From Antedon mediterranea (taxonomy: Eukaryota; Animalia; Echinodermata), in contig NC_092677.1 of assembly GCF_964355755.1 (NCBI RefSeq), forward strand, positions 13,228,101-13,292,100: 64,000 nt of DNA, given 5' to 3'. The position numbers and the translations under genes are program-made. This document shows, in pieces, positions 25,301 through 38,115 of the stretch. Position 1 is the stretch's first letter; every line of letters begins with the position of its first letter. A model generated the notes under the pieces. The model made no database searches, had not been told where the DNA came from, and worked only from the letters and a program-made list of their open reading frames with translations.

Positions 25301-25613
25301 ACCGGTTGCTAAAGATTTACAGAAAAAAAAACATGAAAACACGGTTCAGTACATTCGGCCTCAGGACGGTAGTGACCCATTTTGTATGTCCGATCCACTT
25401 AGCGAGATCGACAAACTTGTTTCCAATACAACTGGTGTATCTGGCGGGAAATCTTTAATGCCCGTGAAAATGAGCAAATTCCTCCAGGGAATCAAACCCA
25501 ACATAGCAGCTTTAAGGCCCAATCAGCAATATTTTAGAGAGATGTATACGCCTACTAATATATCAAGTGATCCTTTAAAAGAAATGGATAGAATGGTCAA
25601 CGCAACAACATGA
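22309..25613 (+). CDS. tsh: Teashirt/tiptop/TSHZ-family C2H2 zinc-finger transcription factor, main exon (full protein about 1114 aa)
   Basis: 1088-aa ORF with four widely spaced C-x2-C-x12-H-x5-H fingers (22965-23033, 23187-23255, 23355-23423, 23826-23894). VMKCIVCRESFSNLEDLTMHMLRTQHYNKVP closely resembles TSHZ finger 2 (VLKCMYCGHSFESLQDLSVHMIKTKHYQKVP). Acidic N-terminus; CtBP-type motifs PLDFT (22521-22535) and ALDLS (22608-22622). Confidence 0.93.
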
Positions 25614-26076
25614 GACGTGTATTGCATGCTACTCAGTGAATTATGATCTATGAATATTTATTATTTAAACCATATGGCATAATTAATGCAGCCTACTGTA
25701 CTGTACTAATAGCTTTTGAAATAATGAATATTCAAAGATAGTTGGTAAATAGATAATGAATATTCATGAGGTGGTTTTTCAATGAATAAGACCGACAACT
25801 CAACTGTGATTCCTATTGTGTTTACAACAACATTTGTAAATACAAATGTAATTATTTCTTCTATATTTAAATTAACTAAACGTTAAAAAACTATCTTTTT
25901 AAAAGTGTTATTTCAGACTGATAATAATTATCAACATTTTATTTTCAAGTTTATTTTATAATTTTACAAATCACTTTTATGTTATGTATAGTTTTGGGGG
26001 ATCTGTTTCTTTAAAAGACATTTATTTATATTTATGTATTTTAAAACTATGGAAGATGTTGTGTGCTATAAATAAA
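25614..26076 (+). other. Proximal 3' UTR of the teashirt gene up to a candidate AATAAA (26071-26076)
   Basis: Follows the TGA stop. Contains a Pumilio-type TGTAAATA (25835-25842) and an ATTTA cluster (about 26020-26035). The true end may lie further downstream (another AATAAA at 26632). Confidence 0.35.
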
Positions 26077-27636
26077 TTTAAATCCAGGTGGGTTAGTGCT
26101 ATGCACAATTATAGTTTTGTAGTTTGGTCAACGTTTCAATTTGGAATTGTATTGTAGAACAATGAATGTTTTGTGCGACTACTGTATTCTCTAGAATAGA
26201 AGATGGTTATTTTTCACATCAGAAAAAGTTGTATTTTTATTTGATAATGTACACATTTCTATTATGGTCTCGTATATATTATACTATCTATCGGCTCACA
26301 GAACTGTATTTTTATTGCCGTATAATTGTTCGTAATTCTGACAATACATTGTATTGAATTTCGTGTTAAACATATTTTTGAAGATTAACATACCTATACC
26401 TTTGAATCGAAAAAGAAATACCATACTTACATTTAAGTTTTAAAGTCCAACTAATCTAGAGTAATTTTTATGCAAAATTATTAATTTTTGGTACAATGAG
26501 CCATGATGTACATCGTGGTAAAATACTTGCTGGGGTATTTAAAAAATTAACAAGTATTCAAATTTTGTTTCAAAATCTAATAATTAACAATTTCCTTCAT
26601 TAGCCTTGGATAATTTATATACGCTTATTTCAATAAATAATGTTATTTATCAAAACAAGTGGGAACCAAGTTTGATGGTATGATATAAACACACAGTGTG
26701 CATCAAGTAATAATACCCCTCTACTGTTTTGGTAGGTGGTATCTATGATTAAATATAACCAAAATGCTGCATTATTTTAAAATTATTTTATTATTAAAAC
26801 TAACTTGAGTTTTTTTAAGCAGCTGAAATAAATGTAACAGATGAAATACCTTTCATTTGAATGAAATATATAAAGTACTTGAATTATGAATTTAAATAAA
26901 TATACAGTAATGGCCTTACAAATGACTTAATTTAAAAACTTGACATTGAAATTGAAAAATGTTTATATCTTGTTTAGTTTAAATTACACTGGGGGATAGG
27001 AAGTTCATTTTAACTCTATCATTAAGAAATCACTTTACAGTGGTACAGTTGCTTCCTTTTGTTTTCTCCTAATTTAAGCCTAATATTTCCTGTTCTTTAT
27101 AGCTACTTGATGAACATGTTTTTGAGGTTGCCCCAGGGGATTGTAAGCGCCATAGCTTGTCAGAAACAAATACTTAAAATAAAGTACTTTAAATAGAGGA
27201 TCGAACAAAGTTTGAAATGAACTTTAACAAACAAAACTTTAGTCGTTACCACACTTGCTAGTTTAATTTTTGTCTAAACTATTTAATTTGAAAGGAAAAT
27301 TGTGTCCATTATTAAATAAAAGTTTGGAGAAATTATTATTTTACATAAAACATTTTTATTTCAAAAACAGTAGAACATTTTTTCTTTTTTTTTTGTTTAA
27401 ACAATTGTTATGGTTTTTTTCGCATCTCAATTTTAATGAAAATGTGTTTCCATTAGTCAACAACAAAAGAAAGCTTAACATATTTTATTTTGTATATTAA
27501 ATATTTATAAATCAATTTTATTGCTTTAAAAAAAAGAACCTTAAAGAAATGTTAATAGAACTGTATTCTTATGCCACTTTTTCAATTATATTTTGTAATG
27601 CAGCTTCTAGTTAATGTTATTTTAATTATTATATTA

Positions 27637-27818
27637 GGGAGGTTTCGCAACACTACGAATATGATACGAAAACGAATACATCACAAGTATTTTTGTTGTA
27701 AGCCAGTAAAAATCTGTTTCGCATGGCAACGAAATATTGAGGGCGCCGTCCAAAATATGACTGCGTTTAATTTGAATTTAAATCTGGAAATATTATGTTT
27801 CGTATTGAGAAACCCATC
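27637..27818. mobile_element. Possible short DNA-transposon remnant (GGGAG-type end)
   Basis: ta|gggaggtttcgcaa..tacga is imperfectly inverted at tcgtattgagaaaccc; CpG-rich interior. A similar end (aaaagctccc|tatt) occurs at about 13348-13357. Confidence 0.35.
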
Positions 27819-28455
27819 TCAGGGAAATAATCAGACAAAAACATTTTTAAAACATTTATGGTTTAAGATTTTAACCATTTTACATTCTATAATTGGTATT
27901 TTTTATTTTACTTCCTTTTATTGTATAATAAAAATCTTTATATTTTGTTTTGCCTTTTTTTGTGGTAAAATAATCATAATTATCAACTGCCCTTATATTT
28001 TCTGCTATTTTAAAGAAATATAATAATAATTTTATAAAAAGTTCTTGTGTTACAGATTGAATTAAGCGAACATTCATAGAATTTTTTTTTCATAAAGTGC
28101 AATAATAGCATTTTTAATTTCACAGATTTTTCTGTTGATTTATTACTGCAACAAAAACTCTGTATACTTTGATTTATCACTGACCGCTTTTGGTATTTCC
28201 AAGCTAAAAAGTTTATCTATAATTGACTACTAGATTAAAATTTATAACTAACATGTGTGCACATCTATTTTATAGATCTTGAACAAAATAATTGTTTCAT
28301 CTTAAGAGAAACGCCTTTGAAACGATTTTTAAAAAGGTTTTTAGAAAGAATTATTTTTGTTCATATTGTAAGAATTTCGTGAAATTATTGGTATATATTT
28401 TTGAATTCTTAATACTGTCTTGCATTGATTAGTAATGATGGTATGAATCATATGA

Positions 28456-28594
28456 AGCTTTGTCTACACTATCAAAATTGTTTATTAAAAAAGTGTGATG
28501 TGTCCAAATATGGTAGTGATATGACATCATCATGTCCATATATGGGCACATCACCGTTTGTTGTCACATAAAGTTTGATAGTGTAGACAGAGCT
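28456..28594 (+). mobile_element. MITE family A, full-length
   Basis: agctttgtctacactatcaaa ... tttgatagtgtagacagagct|taa. Confidence 0.85.
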
Positions 28595-28748
28595 TAAGTG
28601 TCTTGCCAATATGATTAGACTCATAACATTCTGTTGAAGACTAGGAATTGTCAATTAAACACAATGTGTTATAAAATATTTTAGAATACAGTAAAGTTAC
28701 AATAAAGTTTTCTTAATAGAGGTATCCCCTGAAAATGGATTAGTGTTA

Positions 28749-28856
28749 AGCTTGTTCTACACTATCAAACTTTATGTGACATGAAACTGTGATGTGCCCA
28801 TATATGGACATGATGATGTCATATCGCTACCATATTTGGGTATATCACACTTTTTT
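28749..28856 (-). mobile_element. MITE family A, partial copy next to a Tc1/pogo-like end
   Basis: agcttgttctacactatcaaactttatgtgaca...; the downstream gagaggttctgctg|ta (28891-28906) resembles a CAGTAGAACCTC terminus. Confidence 0.8.
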
Positions 28857-29610
28857 AATGGGTTTCTCCTGAATATGGTGTGTCCCAAAGGAGAGGTTCT
28901 GCTGTATAATAAATAAGTTGATTTTGTACGACACAGTTCACACATGAAGCATTTAATTAGGCTTTGTTTTCTTTACAACTATTCATAAAGTAATGAATAA
29001 AGTTAGGCTTATATAATATTTCTATTTTCTATTGTTCTACAAAAAATAAATCGGTTTTAAAATGTTATCAACCACTAGTTTTTAAAAACAACGTTATTCT
29101 AAGTTTGGTGCTCATTTGTGATGTTTTAAAGGTTAATTTTAAATGATAACGATGATTTGATTACTAGTTGTATGGTTTATATCTTACCATGGCATGTATG
29201 CAATTGCAAGATTTGTTTTTTCTATGTTAAAAAACACATTCATTTTCTATAAAGAAATATTTTATTTCTGTTTATCAAAAATTGAAACAACTGTAATTAA
29301 ATATTGTTAATGTAATCCAGTGAGCTAGAATGTTTTGCCAATGTATTGCCCCATTTGACATGGCCAAATTGGCTCATGCTAGTTTAATAATAGGGCCAAA
29401 AATACAGCTCTGTTTTAAATTGATGTACAGATCCTAATGTTTTATATATTGAAGGCTACATACACTCAAGTCTATAGGAGATGAAGCTTTATATGTACTT
29501 TGAATTCTCAGTGAAATTCCTCTATTGTTTATGTGTGAAATAAAACTGAAAAATTAAAGCAAATTTTTGTATGTATATAAATGTTTAGATATACAGTAGA
29601 TCTTTGATTA

Positions 29611-29976
29611 AGCTGATTTTCCACTAGTTGAAATGTGTATGTGTGAATCGAAAGCGTTGGCTCATACGCATGTGTATTCATGTTTCCATGTTCCAAATGC
29701 CTGTCTGTAACAAATTTTAGTTCCTTTGCTTCAGCGAAATTGATAGCTTGAATTGTTTTTACTTTTTGCGAAGTGAAAAATAACTCAACCAATCAGAGCT
29801 CTGAAAATAAGCTATGACACATTTATGAGCAGTCATGCGGATCGAACACCTAAGCAGACAACCGATGAACATGAAAATCGCAGCTATTCGTTCTTTGTAG
29901 TGGAAAGGGAAGCGCGATTATTTCTCTGCTAAACATTGGATTTGCTCGAACAAGTTTGCCTAGTGGAAAATCTGCT
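29611..29976. mobile_element. MITE family C, longer copy, TTA TSD
   Basis: tta|agctgattttccactag ... ctagtggaaaatctgct|tta; the interior is the reverse complement of 11017-11273 plus about 110 extra bp. Confidence 0.8.
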
Positions 29977-30437
29977 TTAAGGAACCCTTCAGAACCCAAC
30001 AAACTGTCTACTAGATAGAGTATATTCCCCCTTCTTCGTTTCTCATGCAAATATAATTGGGGTGTCTAGTAATATTTGAAGGCTATATTGTCAACTAAAC
30101 TTCAATAATGCTAGTGAATTTCTACCTGCATATACAGCATCCGCCAATCAGCCCATCCCCGCCCACATCCTCAATTCAACAAATCTTAACATAATCATCA
30201 CAAATTCCAATACAATGCTAACATTCAAAATTATTGAAAGAATTTTTACTAAAAATAAGTATTTCCTTGATTATTATCTGTGGAGTTCTAAAAATTGAAT
30301 AATTAGTAAAATAATTCAAGCTGCCCGAGGCATTGTCTTTACATGAAAACATCCCATAAACGTTCATCTTATTGTTGAGTTTTCCTTCCCGTTGGCTGTA
30401 TTACTTCTATGCTGTTTTTATAATGTTTTAATTATTA

Positions 30438-30597
30438 AGGCCAATTTACACAGAAGAGCGGTATAACGGTCATAAAATTATAAATCTATGTTATTCCCTT
30501 TGAACATTTACACACAATGCAGAGCTGACGAGTGGTTTATAGATATATACAGATTCTACGTGGGACAATTCCTACACAGTTTTGTGTAAATTGGCAT
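30438..30597. mobile_element. PIF/Harbinger-like MITE
   Basis: TIR gccaatttacaca / tgtgtaaattggc (13 bp perfect). Confidence 0.6.
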
Positions 30598-30607
30598 CTA
30601 CAGTAAA

Positions 30608-30689
30608 TATCATCTTTCTTTTTTAACTATTGTAGGTTCTCTGCTTTATATCGTCTTTCTTTTTTAACTATTGTAGCTTCACTGCTTTA
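30608..30689 (+). repeat. 41-bp direct tandem duplication
   Basis: tatc(a/g)tctttcttttttaactattgtag(g/c)ttc(t/a)ctgcttta, two copies. Confidence 0.85.
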
Positions 30690-31725
30690 GGAATTAGAAT
30701 GTTGCAATGCTTCCAGAAGTCTCTTAATCTATTCAACAAATATTGTTGGCTTTCATTTATCTTTTCTGCTGCCCTGCAGTGTGCTTCTTTTTCCTGCCCA
30801 CTTTCAGTATCCTACTCCATCTGTTGACCAATCTAGGGCTGATGTGATCTGTTTATTACCTAAATGTGACTATTTCCATTATTTGTTGTGTTTTATGCAT
30901 GCTATGTCCCATGCCACACTAAACATAGTAAATCATTATTAATGACTTGATAGATATTATAAATCTAATTAACATAACTCAACTCCACATCTTTAGGCCT
31001 ACTAATACAATAAATACAATTTGCTCAGCAAACCAAGTAATGAATACCTGCCACAGATCATCTCAGTATGCATTGTCCCAGATAAATTGTAGGTCTATGT
31101 TCAATTAAAAAAATTAAATTTCCAAGAATGTGGACTGAAATTGTCATTTCCAATGTTCCTTGTCAGTATAAACAAGTATATTTACCTTGCTCACGGGTGT
31201 GCTATGTGTGGCAGCCTACAAGGTGTTAGAAATGGTTAAAATCAAGTCAAGATTGCTACTACTAATTTTCTATAACCAACTTTGCCTCTACCAGTCTGCT
31301 GAATTTTTTACTTCTCTACTATAACTAAAAAATGTGATTTTAACATTTAAAGCTTTATTTTTTCCCTGTCTATCTACCCAACTTGTTCCTTGATACATTC
31401 CATTTCGTCGGCTTCACTCCTCGGACAAATCATTGCTTGCTTTTCCGTTTCCTGACTAAGACTTACTTACTGTGGATGCTACTTTGTTGCGTTTTCTCTT
31501 CAGAACGAACTCCCTACTGTTGTAAAACTTTCACCCACTTTTGACTCATTTAAGATTAATTTAAAAAACTAATTTATTTAGCAAATTTCTGTTAAAGATA
31601 CAATGTGCCTTTGATCTTCTTAGATATTAGTATTATTATTTAAAAACTTTCTGAAATCTTTAGCTACTAGTACTACTAAATTACTTCATACTCTCCTCAC
31701 GTTCCTCTCTTTTTACCTCCTCCAA

Positions 31726-31869
31726 AGCTCTATCTACACTATCAAACTTTGTGACAAAAAATGTGTTGTGCCCATATGGACATGATGATGTCATGTCACT
31801 AATATCACTACAATATTTAGATGCATCACACTTTTTTTGTCCAACTAGTTTGATAGTGTAGACAGAGCT
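31726..31869 (-). mobile_element. MITE family A, full-length
   Basis: agctctatctacactatcaaact ... agtttgatagtgtagacagagct|taa. Confidence 0.85.
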
Positions 31870-32369
31870 TAACATTTTCAACCATATGTCAAAAAAATAT
31901 ACACACAAAGATGAAATAACTATAGTTTTGACCTTGGAGATGCAAATGAACCTAATAACTTACAAAGTGTTTATTTTAACCAGTATTGAAACTATATTCA
32001 TTTATTAGGAAAGAGATGAGAATTATGATATATAACACTTTTGCAATACAGTATTTATATAATTCAAAACATACTCAGTATCCCATGGAGAGATTAAGAT
32101 GATGAACAAATGAATCAACACACCCAGGATATTAAAAATCCCTCCCTATGGGTTTTAAGGATTTTACTTTATAAATCTTAAGTAATTTTAACCATTTTTA
32201 TGTATCTTATATTGTCAGAATATTTTGATTTTACAATTGGATGTTTGTCAATCGTTTAAAATTTATGCAAAGTTAAACATTCTTGAAGGGACACCATTGG
32301 GTCCATTTAGGAGTGACTAAGACCATAATTTCTCAACGTTCAAAGGGTATAATAATTAATTAGATATTC

Positions 32370-32472
32370 AAACCAAAAGGAAAAAAAATAAAATAATGTA
32401 CTCGATTGCTGAATCTCAATGGAATTACAAAAAAAAATAAGGTAAATCAAACGATAAAGTGAAACAGCCAGG
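32370..32472 (-). mobile_element. Diverged fragment of the Penelope-like repeat (no ribozyme part)
   Basis: gctgaatctcaatgga..tacaaaaa..taaatcaaacgataaagtgaaacagcca matches 1233-1381. Confidence 0.6.
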
Positions 32473-32540
32473 GAGGAGTGCCAAGCAAAAAATATTATTT
32501 TTTTTGTCGTGGCTAATTAATTAAAAATTATATGTATTTT

Positions 32541-32682
32541 CAGGGTCGTAGCCACCAGTACGGTTGGTAAGGTTTTAACCACTTTTTCACACAGGTCTTT
32601 TGACAACCCTGTGGCCTGGCCAGAGATTGTTCCTTTTTCTTGTGACCATGGCACTACTTTATTTCATGTGGCTACGGCACTG
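32541..32682. mobile_element. Short TIR element with CAG..CTG ends
   Basis: cagggtcgtagccac / gtggctacggcactg; atttt directly flanks both ends (possible 5-bp TSD). Confidence 0.65.
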
Positions 32683-33283
32683 ATTTTAAAGGTAAGAAAC
32701 TCAATGGTGGTATGCATTTTCACTTTGTCACAGATCTATAAACGACTGTATGGGGTTTTCCACTATATCAAGATACGTCATTTTAAACAGTAAAACTGCT
32801 GCATAATATTTTATAACATTTTATGCTACATTTATTGAAAATTGTGAGTAACACAGAACATCTATTGCTTCAGTTGTAACATTATATAATGGGATGTTAT
32901 AAGTAAAGCAATTATGAAAGCAAAAGACATAGATAAATGAGTAGATATAGAATGGGAATTCATCTACAAAATGATATATCACAAAACATTACAGGCAATC
33001 TGGCCTGAGTGAGAAGGATGGATACTGGTATATTAGCCAAGCTTATAAACTGTTGAAAGTGGCACTGTTAAACTAGGGATATGTGCCTAGTATCACTATG
33101 AAGTAACATACATCATATTGCCAAATAATATCAAATTGAGATTCTGCCTTAGAATTAATATTCTACAAGATGATCAAGGCATATCAATTTAATCTTTATT
33201 GAGCATGCATACTACAACTGGTGCTCGTACCACACCAAGTGTGTTACTATCCAATGGGGTATGAATCATAATGTACCATGAAA

Positions 33284-33352
33284 GCCCTAGTGGTCTAATG
33301 GTAAGATGCCAGCATATCAAGCTGAAATTCTGGGTTCGAATCTCATTGAGGG
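33284..33352 (+). pseudogene. tRNA-derived sequence (SINE head or tRNA pseudogene)
   Basis: A box tggtctaatgg (33291-33301), anticodon-like arm cagc-atatcaa-gctg, B box ggttcgaatc (33333-33342), then a T run. Stems are imperfect, so it is unlikely to be a functional tRNA. Confidence 0.6.
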
Positions 33353-34938
33353 TGGTTTTTTCTCACTCTCACACATTTCCTCATCTTTACACAATTTAGA
33401 ATTAATAGTTTCTCGGATCCCTGTCAATTGTAAACATACTGTAAAATTACCACTACACAAGCCTATACTAAGATCTATTATTAACACTTTGATTTAAGAT
33501 TCAAGATAAAAGTTCTATCAAACCTATGATAATTAACTATGTAAATATTAAGTAAGATTTGTTTTTTTGCTACTGGGAATCACATGTTTTTTTGTTTTTT
33601 TTTAATATATTTAGGCAAATTGCCAAAGATAATTCAATCCTGTTCACAAGACAAACATAAAGATATTGTAAACAGTTGTAATTTGTCATTGGTATGAAGA
33701 TATTTGCCCATCTCTGATGTAATTATACTGCTCAGTAGGCCTATGTTCCAAAGAATTGTTAACAAACTTGTTCCCGGTTAGCACTCGAAGCACTGGCCCC
33801 CACAACCTTCAGTTCACTAGCCTGACGTTCATATCTCTAGACTACCAAAGCTTGCGTTTGATGGCTAGAGGATTCAAGCCAAAAGAGGCATCTGCTAAAA
33901 ATGTCACGAACATGATTATTGTTAATGATGAAATAATAACAATAGGCTACTACCGTATATGAAACTGATGAAATAATACTCAAACCAGATCAAATAGTAG
34001 TGTTTATTTACATTCTGTTATTGAGTGAGCATTTAATGTAAATAATGTCATGTACAGTACTTACTGTTGGCCTACATTATTTATCCTAATGAGTCATAAA
34101 ATTAAAACATAAACACGGTGAATTCTGTGTTATTACTTTCAATGACGTTTCTGTCTTGTTACAACACATTGTGACATCCCATCATTTTAAAAAAATGTCG
34201 GAGTTGAGCCTAAGAATCTAGGAATGAAAGGAAAGTATTTTAACATCTAATCATTATACCATACCGATGATTCTCCTTGCCAGAGAATTACAATGTAATA
34301 CAAATTTCAATACAATGACATTGAGAGTAGAGTTCCCGCTGAGGCAGAAGAGGTCTGCCTCAAAATGTACCCTTTCTTTTCAATGTATCTGCTTTCAACA
34401 ATTAAACAACGATGGACCATAAGAACAGAGAGCATTAAAAACAGACAAACTTGATTTCTGCCCCTAAACCCCTACTGCAAAGAAAACTTGAATTCTCCAA
34501 GATATACATCTCCCCAAAATGTGAATCTGCCCAAAACAAACCGCTGTTTTGAACTTTTAATTCTCTTCTGCCATTGATGGAAATTCAATGAAATTGTTTT
34601 TTTGAATTAAGCAAAAGATATATAGTGTAGATTTTTTACAAGTCATATATTTTCCTTAATCTAGCTTGTAGGTGAATTACTCCTGATGTTCTAAAATGAT
34701 GTAGTTGATTTGACGTTTATAATAGGTATATGAAGAAAAATAATTTAAATTGAGAATAAAATATATTTAAAGTATCATAAAGTAGGAAAGATTGAGGTTA
34801 TGTGTCACGAAGAAAAAAACTAAATGGCGAAGAAATTGTAACTAGTTCAATTAAAATTGCTATTATTTTGATGCAGCCAAATTAATCTTATTATCATGAC
34901 TTTTAAAAGAAATGGTAAATTCATAATTAACCAAACTA

Positions 34939-35558
34939 CAGTTGAACCTCTATTAAAGGACAACTTGACTGACTTAATGAGTCGAGATAAGCAAAATAAA
35001 AAAAAATCAACATTTATATTTTTTAAAGATTTTTTGTTTACTAGAAATGTTTGCGATTTGCCAGACTTTACCAGAAAACTCATTACGTAAATTTTGCAAT
35101 GCACCTGTGACGCCACAGCAATTAATGGCGACGGCTGTACGCGAGTGCATGCGGTGATATCCTTAACTTCGCGATGGTTCTGAAATCATATGTACATCCC
35201 TAATACGTTGTTAAAATATTGTCCTCGGTCAAATTGTTCTTTAAAGATGTATTGTCCCCCAAAAACATGAAAAATTAAAATTAATTAAATGAGACTTTCA
35301 ATAATATGTTATTTTGTAGTTTTAATAAAGTTAATCACTTCCGTAGAAAAAAAATGACAAAATAAATGCTTAAATTCAACCAAAAACCCATTGGCTGGCA
35401 GCCAATTTAACCATTTTTTGCTTTAAATTACAGTTTTTTCAGGTAAATACATTTTTAATAATAATTAATAGGGGTAGGCTTGTGTTACTTTCCACTGCTT
35501 TTTCGTTCACAGGAAAGTCTGTCCCCTACATACTGGTGACCCGAATAGGGGACTACTG
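34939..35558. mobile_element. Possible Tc1/pogo-like non-autonomous element hosting a family E insertion
   Basis: ta|cagttgaacctctattaaaggaca at the left and aataggggactactg|ta at the right. The two ends are only partly complementary. Confidence 0.35.
35245..35455 (+). mobile_element. Family E repeat (Kolobok-like, TTAA target), left part
   Basis: ttaa|agatgtattgtcccc terminus; homologous to 20043-20240 and, inverted, to 51244-51510. Confidence 0.7.
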
Positions 35559-37631
35559 TATTTGTATATACTTAATGGCCAAAACCCAACTCCAGTCCAA
35601 TACAATTTAGATTTTTTTAAACTATTCCTTTCCCAAATATTTGAATTGTAATGTTTCCAAATGTTTAATACACTTTATAATTCAAATTAAGTTTTACATA
35701 TTATAGAGGGCTCACTCAACATTCAATTTACTATTTTTATTCATGTTCCTTTTTCTTACCTCAAGGTAAATTTAATTGAATCATGTTCGCTAAAATTAAA
35801 TTACAACACGTAATGTCACACAAGGTAAACGTTATAAATTTATCTAACCTAAGAAATAAATAAATCATGCAGTTTGGTAAAAAAATATCTTGTAGGCTTA
35901 AAGCAAAGATTTGTAAGCGAGTTCTTTGTAAGACTGTGTATCAATCAGAAAAAGATATTATGATCTAAAGTTGTATTAAGTTGCATTTTATAACAAGATT
36001 TTAATTGTGTGGTTTGCTACAGTAATTCAAAATTGATTGTTTCAATCAAAACTGTAACTATAGGCCGTGGCCATGTGGGAATTGAGACTGCTTGTTTTCG
36101 CAAGCCACGAGTCTTGTATACTTATGTACGCACTTGTTTGAGTCGCGGTTCAGGATCTGAACAAAAAAAAGGTCCCTTTCGGCCAGGAGTAGAAAACCTG
36201 ATCAGGTAAAGATTTAGAAAGAAACTTCACCGTTCAGTTAATAAATGTTTTTATAAACATTTGCACATCACAAAATAATTCTTATATTTAAAAAGTTCCA
36301 TTTTTAATAAATCAATAAAACAAACACAAATTTGCACATCACAATGTCAATAGATCAATAAATATAATACTTTATTTACCAACAAAAACAATTTATCGAA
36401 ATTTCAATATACTATATTGCCATATAATTGCTGTTTATTATTTTTATGGATGTTTTATCCATGCTCAATCATAACCCTACCCCCTAATTTAGGTTCAATT
36501 CAAAGACAAGACTTCGATAAAGTCATTATTAATGAATCTACGTTTAATCTCACACTGTAATTTTCTTCAAATTTCATATATATGGTAATTAAATAATTTA
36601 ATAATAACTAAATAAATAACAACTGAACAAACAGCATAATAATGTGATGCATATCTACCTATCTATTGCACCTTGTCAAGCATAGAAACAGCTTGAATAT
36701 AAACATCATAACATTATTTGTATCATTAGATGCAGTCATTGTAGGTAGCATGAGATAGGTTGTCAATCTCTATGCCTCAAACTAGAACGTTTTGTTGACC
36801 TTATTCACATTCAGCTTCAAATTAAAGAACACTCACTAATCTTTTTTTCTTTCAATTTTTTTAATGACAAGATCCAAATATTCTTTCAGTAATTGACCCA
36901 TTCTATATTTCTTCAATGTCAAATCATTTCTTCTCATTTTAATTGAAGTCTAAGAAATATTTTTCATTAAAATATTTTTTTTTTTCGATACAAAACAAGT
37001 TTATTGTGATCATACTTTATTGAGATGGATCAATTGTTTTTTAAAATCAAAATGTATTTACCAATATCTTGTATATGTGGTTATACAGTAATAAGATCAT
37101 TTTTTACACAAGCATTCAAATTTTTAAATATGGTATAAAACTTTTAGGGCCTATACCATCTTATTTTGTTGTTTATTGACTGAATTAGAGGATTCACAAA
37201 TATTGAGGGTTCTTTTACCATCTCCCACCACCACAAAATTGCTACAGCCTAGTCAAAGATCATGAGTAAATTTTTGCAACACACAATTTGATTGGTTGAT
37301 TTCATACCACGTGTCATGCATTATTTTCTCCCGTTTTGCAATTGAGGAAACTATAATAGCTGAGCTTTTTATAAATATGTTGAGAATTTTGTATGACTAT
37401 AACACAGTTTTATACTGTACTGTTGTAATGATGCTCTATGGAAAACCTACATGCGTCATCTGTACAGCCAAGTTTCAAGAGAACATTGATGAAAGCGACG
37501 GATTGATTACTTTAAAACACTAAAAAACAAATAATGTTTTGTTTCCATTGAATGAGAACAATATTTTCAAAATCATGAAAATGTTATCCTTAATCCTGTC
37601 ATAAATATTCATTATTTGCTTACCATAGAAT

Positions 37632-37802
37632 CAGTGGCATAATGCCCCTGGTTTAGGAGCCCTAAGTGGCCCTCCAACGCTGGAGGCTTCGGGCATTTTA
37701 AATTTTATTGTCTGTTTTTTCCACTGGGTACTGCTTAGGGCCCCCCATAAGCTCTGGGGCCCTGGGTTTAGCCAGTGACCGCTCATAGCCATTACGCCAC
37801 TG
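37632..37802 (-). mobile_element. hAT-like MITE, inverse copy of 59566-59754
   Basis: cagtggcataat ... attacgccactg; interior cccctggtttagga..ctaagtggccctc is the reverse complement of the 59566 copy; TSD not preserved. Confidence 0.8.
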
Positions 37803-38048
37803 AATGTTCCATATTTTCCGCCCCAAAATTGTGTGGTATTCATGCACATAAATGGTCTATTTGTAGAAATGGTTTATTCTAATATTTGAGTTGTGAAATT
37901 TAAAATATGCTTTTTGGATATAGTTTTTAATATATTTATATGATATTGATATAGTTTATAATTATATGCTTATACAAATGATATTTTTTTCTGTTCTATA
38001 TTTTGTTGGATATTTATAGTAAATTTTTTACTATAATATATTTATTGA

Positions 38049-38049
<1 letters not shown>

Positions 38050-38115
<66 letters not shown>
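38050..38115. repeat. (ATT)22 microsatellite
   Basis: Perfect trinucleotide run. Confidence 0.97.

Noticed and set aside
27270-28077. 76-, 150- and 65-aa Phe/Ile/Leu-rich ORFs
   Set aside because: Composition mirrors AT-rich non-coding DNA, they span a probable TE remnant, and no domains are visible.
30690-31540. Purine-rich, exon-like stretches on the minus strand
   Set aside because: Frames are interrupted by stops and I could not assemble consistent splice sites or a recognisable protein.
33284-33352. Functional tRNA gene
   Set aside because: Acceptor and T stems pair poorly and the anticodon loop lacks the invariant U pattern in a good stem; treated as a tRNA-derived relic.
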